From: Ruditapes philippinarum
Lineage: Eukaryota
Length of the DNA stretch: 64,000 nt
Direction: 5' to 3'
Assembly: GCF_026571515.1 (NCBI RefSeq)
Contig: NW_026861419.1
Location: 124,001-188,000, forward strand
Part shown: positions 1 to 12,800 of the stretch, piece by piece
Layout of the letters: each line of letters opens with the position of its first letter
Position numbering within the stretch: position 1 is the first letter of the stretch
The notes under the pieces: generated by a model
The model's input: the letters and a program-made list of their open reading frames with translations, nothing else
Database searches by the model: none
Told to the model about the DNA's origin: nothing
Position numbers and translations under genes: made by a program

Positions 1-59
1 CCCCGCTCCAGGGGCCTATATACAGGTGAGCGACTTTGGGCCATCATGGCCCTCTTGTT
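1..59 (+). mobile_element. 3' end of a pearl/HINE-type non-autonomous element
   Basis: CAGGTGAGCGA...GGGCCATCATGGCCCTCTTGTT terminus with hairpin; the same end occurs at 33448-33484 and, reversed, at 62726-62765. Confidence 0.75.
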
Positions 60-493
60 AACACATGTCATTTGAAATTAAATGATGCATTTCTTTCAGT
101 CTAAGTTATACTTATTTTTAAATTCTCATTCCTACATTTTATAGTTTCGTCTCTGTTTCTTGTCAAATCTTTAAGTAATATGATGAGATGTAATGATAAT
201 TTGTCTTAATATAAGTTTGTCTTTAGTTAAAATATCATTTGCTTCCTAGTATATATTGATTCTGTTTCAACTTGAATAATGTGTTCTAGTCAAACTGTGT
301 TAAAATGAATAAAACCTATCTGTGATAGTATATAATTGAAATATTTGCACTGGATAAAGGCTATCTATGTCATGTCACCAACACAGGGGAGCACAATGGA
401 AATAAGATTCCCTCTTGTTTGTGCTATCGTTGGTGTTGGCGTGCATGTCATGGCTTAGCTAATATCATTTATGTTATATATTTCGATTTGTTG

Positions 494-1785
494 TTTTTAT
501 GTCCCCGCCATATAATGGCTGGGGCATATAGCGTTACCCTGTTCCGTCATTCCGTCCTTCCGTCATTCTGTCATTCCGTCATCATCAGTTTCCGTTCATT
601 ATTTTAGTAACGGCTGCACACATTCAACTCAAATTTGAATTTGGTCATGGTTCGATGATTTTTGGCAGAGTTATGCCCCTTTTACTTTGAAAATAATATG
701 AAATTTTCAGTTTTCGTTCATTGCTCACCAACGGTATTACACATTCAACTCAAACTTGACATATGGATGTGTCATGAGACAATACATGTCAAGTTTGAAT
801 TTGGTTATGATTCGATGATTTTTGGCAGACTTATGCCCTTTAACTTTAAAAATAATATAAAATTTTCAGTTTCCGTTCATTATCTCCCCAACAGTATTAC
901 ACATTCAACTCAAAGTTGACATATTAATACGTTAAAGGAATGCGCAGGTTAAGTTCGAATTTGGTTATGGTTTGATGATTTTTGGCAGAGTTATGTCCCT
1001 TTCACTTAGAAAATAATATGAAGTTTTCAGTTTCTGTTCATAATCTCCCCAATAGTATTACACATTCAACTCAAATTTAAAATGTGGATATGTCAAAGGA
1101 ATGCGCTGGTCGAGTTCGAATTTGTTCTTGGTTCGATGATATTTGACAGAGTTATGTCCTTTTCACTTTGAAAATAATATGAAATTTTCAGTTTCCTTTC
1201 ATTATTTCCTTTAGGGTATTACACATTCAACTCAAATTTGACATATGGGTACGTCAAAGAAATGCGCATGTCAATTTCGAATTTCGTCATGGTTTGATGA
1301 TAGCTGACAGTGTTATCCCTCTTGAACTTTGAAACAAAATAATAAATTTTAAGTTTCCGTTCATTATCTCCCCAGCAGTTGTACACATTCAACTCAAATT
1401 TGACATATAGATACATCTTAGGAATAAGCAGTTCAAGTTTGAATTTGATTGTGGTTCAATGATTTTGGACAAAGTTATCTTTCTTGAATGTTGGAAAAAT
1501 TTTGAATTTTCAGTTTCAGCACTCATACTTTTGTGGAAATGTATGTAGCTATTATTTTGGCTACAAATATGCAATATGCAATTTACAAAAAGTTAACATT
1601 GAATAGTTTCAGTGCCTTGAACTTTGTATAAAAATGGTTTGTGTTAACATTGAAAAGTTTTCAGGGCTTCGAACTTAAAATGAAAAAAATAATTTGTGCA
1701 AACAAATTTGGAACTAAATATTATAACATCTGAAATTTTGGATGCATGCGGGGGCATCCATGGCGTGACGACACATTTCTAGTTT
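494..1785 (+). mobile_element. Tandem-core non-autonomous element (pearl/HINE type), about 6 x 161-bp units
   Basis: Subterminal inverted repeat ATGYCCCCGC / GCGGGGGCAT, TTCCGTCA microsatellite, ACATTCAACTCAAA recurring at about 741, 901, 1062, 1223, 1385; GACACATTTCTAGTT end. Confidence 0.85.
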
Positions 1786-3237
1786 TGAAATGCCGTGTAA
1801 TATATGTATATCACACCAAAATAAAAAAAATGACTTTCTTAATCACGTTTATTTTTCATATCAAGGCATCTCAAAACACTTAAAATATAAATAAATGCCT
1901 ATTTTTGGCTTGGGATATTTAAGAGACTTTATTCAGACACCTTTTAAAGTCTAGTAATTATGTCATCATATTTATTTTAAGTAATAAATATAAATATATA
2001 TCACATAAATTTTGTCATTTGTTTCATAACTAATAGTAACAATTTACTTGCGTAATCATATTACAAAACGAACTTGAGAAGTATTCTGATATTGATTTAA
2101 ATAGAATGTATTTTTCTTTTAAAGTTGTATATTGTCTACTAAAAACATTATGACTTTGTTCGAACATTCACCCCATTTTAAATTATTCATTTGCGAACCC
2201 TGACACTCGAGTGTAAGTACGACATTGTGCTAATAAATATATTACCGTGTTATATCTAGTTTTTATTAAACTTTTATCAGTGTAGTTTCAAGTCGCAATA
2301 AATTTGCAGCTGTATTTTAAAAAAGTAAAAGATCATGATTGTCCCAAGGTTGCTTATCTGGCAAAATATTGAACTAAGGATCGGTTACTTGTACTTACGT
2401 CATTTATAATTTTATTATAATTACCGAATAACATACTTGTATTACAAGTTCTTGTGCAAGTTTTAACTCATTACTGTGAAATATCAGTCAATTTTGCCTT
2501 GACATAGATTAACTTGAAATTAAGCTACACATCGTATTCATGTATGATTTTTTACCAATTGATATTTTCTAAGTGATTATTATCATTAATATTCAATTTT
2601 TGTCTTTTGTTTAAAACTTCACAAACATTTGCATATAACAATTACAACTGTACAATTGTACCTTTTTTCAAGTAGAATTTGGTATAATGTAAGTATTTTA
2701 TAGCGTTCAAGTAAAGGAGAATTCATTATATACACATATTACATTTGACTTTTATGTATTTAGCTAGAATAACATAGGTATTACATTTTCTGAAAAGGTT
2801 TACATATCTATCACGCTTTATTTATAAACTGTTGCACTAAAATGTGTAATTAAGCGTTTTAAACTTGGAAAGACGAATTCATAATTATGCATACAGTATG
2901 TACATTTTAACGTCTTAAACGTAACACTCATATTATTGATATCTATCAGTAAACTCCAAGAATTTAACTTTGAGTTTAAACTCTCGTTTTTTTATATATT
3001 TTTTAACTCTCTTCCGCCAACATTGCTTTTTTATAACCAACTTAAATTTGTACAATTTAGGTAACTTGAAATGAACTTTACCTGTAATAAATCATATTAA
3101 TTTTTGTTAACAAGTTTTCCAAAAATTATTGAAGAAATCTGTCTAAGTACATATTTATATTATTATATATATTGTCTCACTACTTTTGTCATATTCAATT
3201 ATATGCTCCTTTTAGGAAAAACAAGTAACCTGAAAAG

Positions 3238-3822
3238 ATGCCATTTGACATTTACAATAAAGAGTTTCAAAATTGGTTAAAAGGTGTATTTGGACTAAAC
3301 GCAACAAGAACTGCATTATGTGAATGTATTTCAGATAAACTGAATACCGTTTTAAGCAAAATGTTCTCCAATGAGGAATTACACCAATATTTTTTGTGTT
3401 TAAAAGCAAACAATATATCACTGTTGAAAACAACAACAAAAAAAGATCAACGGGAAAAAGAATCGAAATCAAAGGGATCTAAAAAATCGAAATCAAAAGG
3501 ATCAAAAGATAAAAGATGGGAATGTGAACATGATAGGTGTCGGGAACTTATGCAATATTTTATTGACAACCATCAACAAAAAGTACATTTACATTACACA
3601 TGGGCGCTGCTAGGAAAGTCAAAACGTACTGTCACAGCAGGTGATGGCTATCCTTGCAAAGAGTTAAAATGGAATGTTATCAAGCTATATATGCACATTG
3701 AAAAAGAAGATGTTATAAAACAATGTTCCAGTTTAGACTGTCTCGATATAACGCATGTTATCAAAATCATAAGAAATTGTAAACTTATAGCTACGGATGG
3801 CTCCGATGAACCTTTAGAAAAG
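3238..3822 (+). CDS. Coding exon 1: N-terminal part of CXorf38/DUF4559-like domain (195 aa)
   Basis: Acceptor TTTAG ends 3215, donor AAG|GTAAAT at 3823 (phase 0). Motifs EFQNWLK, C-x4-C..NH..W, WNVIKLYM, DCLDITHVIKIIRNC parallel CXorf38 as I recall it (EYKNWVK, WEVAKAFM, ECDAVALLSLINSC). Confidence 0.85.
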
Positions 3823-6800
3823 GTAAATTTCTTTTTATGCCCCCGCCATATAATGGCTGTGGCATATAGTGTTACCCTGTTCCGTCATTCCGTCATTCTG
3901 TCCTTCCGTCATTTCGTCATTCTGTCATTCCGTCATCATCAGTTTCCGTTCATTATTTTAGTAACGGTTGCAAACATTCAACTCAAATTTGGCATATGGA
4001 TACGTCATGAGAAAATACAGGTCAAGTTCGAATTTGGTCATGGTTTGATGATTTTTGGCAGAGTTATGCCTCTTTAACTTTGACAAAAAAAGAAATTTTC
4101 AGTTCCTATTACTGTCCCAAACAGTTGTACATATTCATCTCAAATTAAAGATATGGATATGTCATAAGAATGCATCGGTCAATTTCGAATTTCGTCATGG
4201 TTTGATGAAAGCTGACAGAGCTATCCCTCTTGACCTTTGAAACAAAATAATAAATTTTAAGTTTCCGTTCATTATGCCCCTTTTACTTTGAAAATAATAT
4301 GAAATTTTCAGTTTCCGTTCATAATCTCTCCAACAGTATTACACATTCAACTCAAACTTGACATATGGATATGTCATGAAAAAATACAGGTCAAATTCGA
4401 ATTTCGTCTTGGTTTGATGATTTTTGGCAGAGTTATGCCCCTTTTACTTTGAAAATAATATGAAATTTTCAGTTTCCCTTTCATTATTTACCCAACGGTA
4501 TTACACATTCAACTCAAACTTGACATGAGACAATACAGGTCAAGCTTGAATTTGGTCATGGTTCGATGATTTTTGGCAGACTTATGCCCATTTTACTTTG
4601 AAAATAATATGAAATTTTCAGTTTCCGTTCATTATCTCCCCAACAGTATTACACATTCAACTCAAATTTGACATATTGATACGTTAAAGGAATGCGCAGG
4701 CTAAATTCGAATTTGGTCATGGTTCAATGATTTTTTGCAGAGTAATGCCCCTTTCACTTCGAAAATAATATGAAATTTTCAGTTTTCTGTTCATTATCTC
4801 CGCAACAGTGCTACATATTCAACTCAAATTGGGCATATGGATATGTCAAAGGAATGCGCAGGTCAAGTTCGAATTTGGTCATGGTTCTATGATTTTTTGG
4901 CAGAGTTATGTCCCTTTCACTTTGAAAATAATATGAAATTTTCAGTTTCCGTTCATTATCTCCTCTAGGGAATTACACATTCAACTCAAAGTTGACATAT
5001 GGATACGTCAGAGAAATGCGCAGGTCAAGTTTGAATTTTGTTATGGTTTGGTGATTTTTGGCAGAGTTATGCCCCTTAACTTTGATAAAAAAGGAAATTT
5101 TCAGTTCCCATTCATTATCTCCCCAGCATTTGTACATATTCAACTCAAATTAAAGATATGGATATGTCATAAGAATGCATCTGTCAATTTCGAATTTGGT
5201 CATGGTTTGATGATAGCAGACAGAGTTATCCCTCTTGAACTTTGAAAAAAGCCCAGAAATTTTAAGTTTCCGTTTGGTTGTACACATTCAACTCAAATTT
5301 GATACATCTAAGGAATAAGCAGTTCAAGTTTGAATTGAATTGGTCGTGTTTTAGTGATTTTGGACAAAGTTATCTTTTCTTGAATGTTGGAAAAAATTTG
5401 AATTTTCAGTTTCAGCACTCATACTTTTGTGGAAATGTATGTAGCCATTATTTTGGCTACAAATATGCAATGTGCAATTAACAAAAAGTTAACACTGAAT
5501 AGTTTCAGTGCCTTGAACTTTGTTTAAAAATGGTTTGTGTTCACATTGAAAAGTTTTAAGGGCTTTGAAATTAAAATGAAAAAAAAATTGTGCAAACAAA
5601 TTTGGAACTAAATATTTTAACATCTGAAATTTTGGCTGCATGTGGGGGCATCCGTGACCTGACGACACATTTCAAGTCTAGAAAAATGTTCGTATAAAAG
5701 AGTAATGAAATATTCACAAATTATGAAAATCAACCAGATGTATGGCCCCCTTTTTTCGTCAAAGTAGCAGAATAAAAGAAATTAATGTAAAGTAATCAAT
5801 TCTCAGCCAATACAAGACATATATATAAATTAGAGGCCATGTTTGGTTTTAGAATACTTAACCGGCATTCTAAATACACAAAATATTTCAGGTTTTAGAT
5901 TCCAGGAATCAGTTAATGCACTCACCTAACAATAAGATGACGGATAGTGATACGTGTAATATATTACAATGGACAAAGAAGCTTCTGGATTGTCTCGATA
6001 TAGCAGAGAAAACGTATTATAACAATGCTGTGCAAGAACTTCAAGACGTAAGTTATAGCTAAAATAAATATTATGTTCTGATATGACTCGTGTTTTTGTC
6101 ATTACACATAAAGAAGTAAAAAAAAGTAATAATGGACAACATGTATATGCAGCTGTTATTTCAATACATCAACACCCATAAAAAATGGATAATCAAAGGC
6201 AGCATAGATAATGCAGTATTATTGGTATTATCCGTTTCTTTCAAGTTTTAATGTAATATTATCATAAAATCACATTTCACATACAATAAGGCTGCAAGGT
6301 TTAAATCTTATTTTTACTTCATTCCGACGATATGATAAATGTTAGAATAATTTAAGACTATTTAGCATCAGCGTAGTGACGTCAATCAAGAAGCGAACTC
6401 AATCATTATTTAACGCGCTAGAATGAAGTTATTATAAACTTACATTATAAGATTATCCGTCGATGTGATAAATAACTTTAAATTGTTAAACAATTGGTAA
6501 AATAATACATAAATATGTTCATTCATAAGTGTGTTTGATACTTAAAATGAAAAACCTCTCTTCTCATTTCTTTCGTTTATTACATATGCGGTAGTAGGTT
6601 GTGTAAACGGAAAACAAAATATGAAACCGGCAGCGAAAATAATCTCTCTTTCAAAAAGCGTGTTTGGACTGGAATAATATGAGTCTGTCGTATTGATACG
6701 AAAAAGTAAACAGCCTTTGTGGTGAATTCCTATGCATCAAAACTCCAAACCGGTATAAAATAGCCAAATAACGCCACTCGGACCGACATGATTTTAATAA

Positions 6801-9800
6801 ATATACAATTGTCACAGTTGATTATGAGTGCTCTTTATTTCAAAGTACATGTTTTACTATTTTTGTAAAACATTTGAATTTAAGAGAGATTTCTTTTTCT
6901 TAAGCTTTCAGAGAACGATTTTGTTTTAAGATATCAGTCAGATGACTGTGAACGAATTCTAGCAGATGTGATAGATGCAAAACACCTTGCTGATGAATTA
7001 TATAGTACTATCAAGGATGACAGTCAACAGGCTAAGAGTCAGAGTAAACGTCTACAAGATATGCTTGAAAGTATAGCTGCATTAAGGGTATGTTTCTCAG
7101 TTACATGAAATATTTTATATCACAATACGAGAGAGAAAGAGAATCAATATACAAATTCAAATTGAGACTCGGTTTGATTGACTTGGTCATGGACGGTACT
7201 GGTAAGTGCAATCTGCCGTCCACTCCACTCGCACCGGCACAATTCATTGGTTTACATGGAATGGTAAAATTTTAAGTTAAAAACAAATGCGGATAGTTAT
7301 TTTTAAACTTTCCATTTGGTGCCATTTCTTGAAAGGAGGCGTGTGGTCAACTGTAAGAAATGGGCAAAACTTAAAAAAATGGAATTTTGAAAAGGAACAG
7401 AGGTTATAAAGCCTGCATTTAAGAGGCAAGCTGTCAAAGGCAAATTTAAAAAAGGCAACATATATTATATGATTTTATAGTTATTAAAGAAAACTGGAAA
7501 CCAGTTATGCAACCAGAGAAAAAAAAACCTCGTGCTTAATGATATGCAAGGATCGGGAACATTACATTTCTGATTGAATAGACGAGTCTCCACAAAGCAC
7601 ATATGATATATTTTTCAATTTCATTTATATAGGCTAAGCTTTACTTTAAACTGAAATATAAATGGATATAAGATATTAACCATTAAGGAAATAGAAATGT
7701 TGGTTACTTTGGCAAATTGGTCGGAATCAGTTATTTTGTGTAAATAGTCATTTTAAAATATTGTTTTTACTTTCACACCTTCAATATACATACATGTATA
7801 TGGTATATTTGTACATTCCGTTTTTGTAACAACGATTTCTCAAATATTAAATAAAAAAAATCATGACAACTATAAATCTTTAAACTATATAAATTCATTG
7901 TTTTTCATTTCAAAGTGTAGAGAATAATAGGTTTCATAAAAAATCGTTTTATTGGTAATATTATACGCAAATATCAGACGTTATTGACTATTGTGGAAAA
8001 CATAACATTGATGGAAATCTTTTATTTTTAGATTTTAGATATGCTTTCGATACGATCAAGTTTGACTTTCTAGTTAAAACCCTTGACAATTTTTACTTTA
8101 AACAAATATATATTCACTGGACAACGTCCCTTTACAAAAATATTTTGTCATGTATATTAAACAATGGGTGGATATCAAAAATCTTCTCTCTAACACGTGG
8201 TCTCAGACAGGGGTGCGGGATTTCTTCGTTGCTTTTTATTATCGTTACCAAGGTCCTAGATAATTCAATTTGAGAATAATGACATTAACGGAATCTCAAT
8301 AGAAATAAACAACGGATATTTTAATCTTAAAATGACACAACTTGCCGACGATACTACAATGTTCTTAAAAAGCTCAGAAGACGTACATGAGAATTATAAA
8401 CTATTGAAATTTTTGGAAACATTCTGGTCTACAACTAAATTTGCGCTAGACAGAAGGTGTTAGATAAGGAATAACTTTGATAATTTAGAATTAACTAACA
8501 TAAAATGGATCAAAAACGTTAACGCTTTAGGCGTCTTTTTTGGCACAAATAAAATCAATTCGAACAATCAAACTTCGAAATGAAAGTTCAAAACTGTAAA
8601 AACTTAAATAACTCATGGAAGAAAAGAAAACTTACTATAAATGGACAACTCACTGTTATAAAATCAATTTTACTTCCAAAATTTACCTACTAAATGCAAT
8701 CACTCTACTTTCCAAAAGAGATACATAAAAAACTCAACTCATTATTATATACTTACCTCTGGGACGATAAATGTGAAAATGTCTAAACAATTATATTGAT
8801 AAACAATTTCGAAAAAAAGGCGGTTTAAACATGATCGACTTTGAAAGTTTTGTTAAAATGCTGCAAGTAAAATTGGTAAAATCCCTAGTTTCAAATGAAT
8901 TTATTTGCAAACTGGAAAGTCATTCCAAGTTATTTCGTAAACAAATTCGGCATGTTGTTTTTTTTACATGAACTTAAACAAATCTGTCTCAAGTTAACCA
9001 AAAGACTATTTACTTTATCTGATATGTATAAAGAACTTATTTAAAATGGATCTTGTATAAATAATTGTAAAGAAGCAGCCAAAACACTTCTTTGAAATTC
9101 GTAAAGAAATAATTTGGAGTAATGAACAACTTTTATGGAATAAAAGATCTTTATATTTTCATAACTGGATAAACTCTGACATAATTTGTGTAAATGATAT
9201 AATCGATGCAAATGGCGAGATTAGTGAAATTCTTATTCTTTCAAAATTCAGAAGTAAATCAAATTGGCTATCCGAAATTTATACGCGACGAAAAGCTATA
9301 CCGCAACTCTGGAAATTCATCTTAAAATCTGACGAATCAATCAAAACTAGGGTTAAAACTGACTTATCTCCTTTACTCATAAAAGAATCAAACAAAAAAC
9401 TTTATAACATACTTAGAAACAATAAAACAGAAAACCATACATTCATCGCTAATGGGAAATTTTATTTGAACATGACATTCGTTGGAATAAAGTATACCTG
9501 AATATAAAATCAAGCATTGACAATAGATATAAACAGTTCCGTTATAAAGTCATTCATAATACGGCAGGGGATAACTTGTACAAATGGAAATTGAAAAAAT
9601 AATCCAAACTGCGTTTTATGCAATTGTACTGATAGCACAGAACATTTCTATATTCATTGTCAATCACTAAATGCTTTCTGGAAAATAATTATTGAAACTT
9701 TGAAGTCGTTAGGAATCTGTAAACATATATTTTTAATTTCAAAAATATTGTACTGGGTTATAGTTTCGAAAATACGCAGCAATTAAATCCTTGGCAAATT

Positions 9801-12800
9801 AATTTGATCTTTAAGAATATTGGCTTTAGTAAAAACAAAGCTTATATGACGAGTAACCAACGTGCAGATATTATAAACACTCATGGAATCTTTCTACACG
9901 AACTTACAAGAAATATAATTCTCATTTTGTTCAACGCTTTACAACAAACTTTTAATATTGTCAGACATGTAAAAAGATACTTATTGTGAGTAAATTATGT
10001 TATAAAAGTTTATTACAGCTATGTATACCTTTTTCTAAATTGTAATTCTTTTATAATATTATATTTGATATGTTAAAATTATTAACAGTACAAATATTAT
10101 ATGCAAATATTCTTAATGTTTTTAAGTAAAAAATTAAAAAAAAGAATAATATGTAACGGATAAGATCTGATGCAATAAGTCTGAAATGCAAATTATATGT
10201 TTGCATAATTTAAATAATAATTGTACATGTATTTTGCATGCACTTTAGTCTACAACAAACACAAGATTGGAAATGAAGCTCTCTAAATACAAAAGAATAT
10301 CAAAAGAATTCTTAGAAATGAAAATTGGTGCAATAACATTGGATCAAACGGAATTCGATAAAAACAGCGCCGAATATAAAAAGATGGAAGACCTTAAGGA
10401 AAGGACAAAACGGGAAGTCAAAAAAGCTATAGTATGTTATGATATATATTTACCAAAACTGATGATTAATGTCGTCTAAAATTAATAAAATTTCTTCAGT
10501 TTAAGTCAAACTTTTTTATTGTATTTTGTATTTTAATAGCTAAGAGCACACTTAGACACATGCTTACAAACAAAAGGTCAGCAAGCATTTATAAATGACA
10601 TGTTTTTTCCATTTGATAGAAACAAATGCAAAAGCTGGAGCCAGAAGAAATGGCTGATGAAATTAAAAAGTTGAGAAAAGAAAATGAATCACTAAAGTGT
10701 GAAAACGAACAATACAATACAGCGGTAAGTATTCCTAATCAGAACATAAACACGAAATTCACAATTAAACAACAGGTTTTTAATTTTGTACTTAAGAAAT
10801 TATATCGGTATAAGCGGTGTTAATAGGCTATTTGAAACCGGTTTGGAGTTTTGATGCGTAGGAATTGATGTGGAGGCCTGAGTGGTTAATTTTTCCGCAT
10901 CAAAACTACAAAACCGGTGTTAAATGGCTAATAAACACCGCTCAGACCGATATTATTTCGATTCCAACAAGATAATATAAGGAAGATCACTGATGTTATT
11001 TTTTTCAAGCGGAAATAACTTCCGGTGCCGATTTTCGAATAATGCTGTTTGATTTCGCACCCTATTGTTGCTAAGATATAGAAATGATTAATCAAAGAAA
11101 TAATAAGAAAAAATGTTATTTTATTAAGATTTCAACAATAAAAACTTACGTCTTAGAATGGATTGTATTGTGTTTACATCAGTGTCCAATTTATCATTCT
11201 TGTATGTTTGAAATGACGTCATCGTTTATGACCAATTCGTATACTTAGGATGACGTCAGTACGCTGCTTACGGATTGGCGCCGTTTTGTCAAAATATTTA
11301 TTAACTGATATGGATCAAATCTGTGGTGTTAATGTATGTGAGATATTATTTCGGTATTGTATGAAAAGAATACATTATAAGAACTGAAAATATGAATTAA
11401 AAATGCTTTTTATTGTTGCTTTAAAAGGCTTTGTAAACTATACAATCGAGCCGCATATACAAGTAGTCCCTAACCAGTGTTTATTGGCAGTTTAACACCG
11501 TTTTCTTATTCTTTGTCTATAGTGACAAAATTACGAGGAGTGTAAGAATAAATATTATATGAAAGCTATAAAATGATGTACGTATATACTTAAGTTGGTA
11601 TGTGAGTATATAGGTTTGTCGAACTATTTGCTCTTTTTGAGAGCGTCTTTTTCCGCGCTGCTATGGAAACAGTCGTTATCTGCTCTTGACGTAAAGGCTG
11701 CCCGCTGGTGAAATATTGCAATAAATGTGTAATATATTTATAGCAAAATCACTCAAAACAATATATGTCTTTTAGTTAATTATACATTTTTATTACTGAA
11801 CAAGAGCACCGCTAGACGGAGCATTATATGCCCGAAAGTGTGTTTTTTAGGTAAGGATGAAGCTTTTGTAAGACATGGAAATTAAATAAAGTATAACCTC
11901 CTTTAAGTCGCAATCCTCCTTTATAGCTGAAGAACCTTCATATATATACAGTTGCTGTTCCTAAAGCACCACCATCAAGTTGTTAACTTGTAAGTAAAAA
12001 TGCTACGACGGATGGATATATTGGACATGGCTGTTCATCCTTTTAAATTTTACAGCTGTAGGTTGATTAAAACTTAAATTACTGAGCGGAAACCATTTTC
12101 AGTTTTAAGGTTAAAGCGACCTTGAACTTTGACCATGTGACATCAAAATCAATTGGGGTCTTCTACCCAATATTGACAATCATCATATGAAGTTTGAATA
12201 TTGTGGGCCAAATGGTATTCACAACACTCTTCTTAACTTTATGAATGATTGTCTCGGACTGAATGGAAGTAATGTTGTGAATGAATCAAAGACCATATAC
12301 AATACTTTGCACTGCCAAATTGTTCAATCTAGCCCCCCCCCTAATTTAGTTGAGAAACGACAAAAACACGAGATTGTAAATTTCCGTACAATTATTAAAT
12401 AATATTCTATTAAAGTTTCATAAACAATGGTATTTATTCCTTTCAATTATAATCTTAATTTTTATTTTAAAACAACAATTGTTAGCGTTATAAATAAGTT
12501 TGTCATTAAAAACCTCTAATAGGTTAATGATATATTTAGGGGTTAAATGTCAAAAATGTTAAACATGTTTGACATTTGATGAGAATATTACAAATGTCCG
12601 CTCTATAAATCCTATACGCCTTGAAGAATTTTCTTCAACTATGGCTCAAATTGTAAAAAGCGGTAATGATGTCTCAAGGTCAAGTTGAGCCTTGAAACTC
12701 AAATAATAGATAATCTTCTGTCCGCACTTTAAATGTTATACTCCTTAAAGAACTTTCTTCAAAGCTTAAATGGTCACTTTCAAACATAATGTTAAACGGT

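Noticed and set aside
600-1450. Regularly spaced repeats resembling a CRISPR array
   Set aside because: Whole 161-bp units repeat with no unique spacers; eukaryotic context; no cas genes.
2150-2218. Possible non-coding first exon ending at GTAAGT 2213
   Set aside because: An upstream exon is likely given the acceptor at 3215, but a lone donor motif is not enough to place it.
3823-4077. C-terminal 84 aa of the 279-aa ORF 3238..4077
   Set aside because: Read-through past the splice donor into a repeat; nearly the same peptide appears in ORF 419..607 from the other repeat copy.
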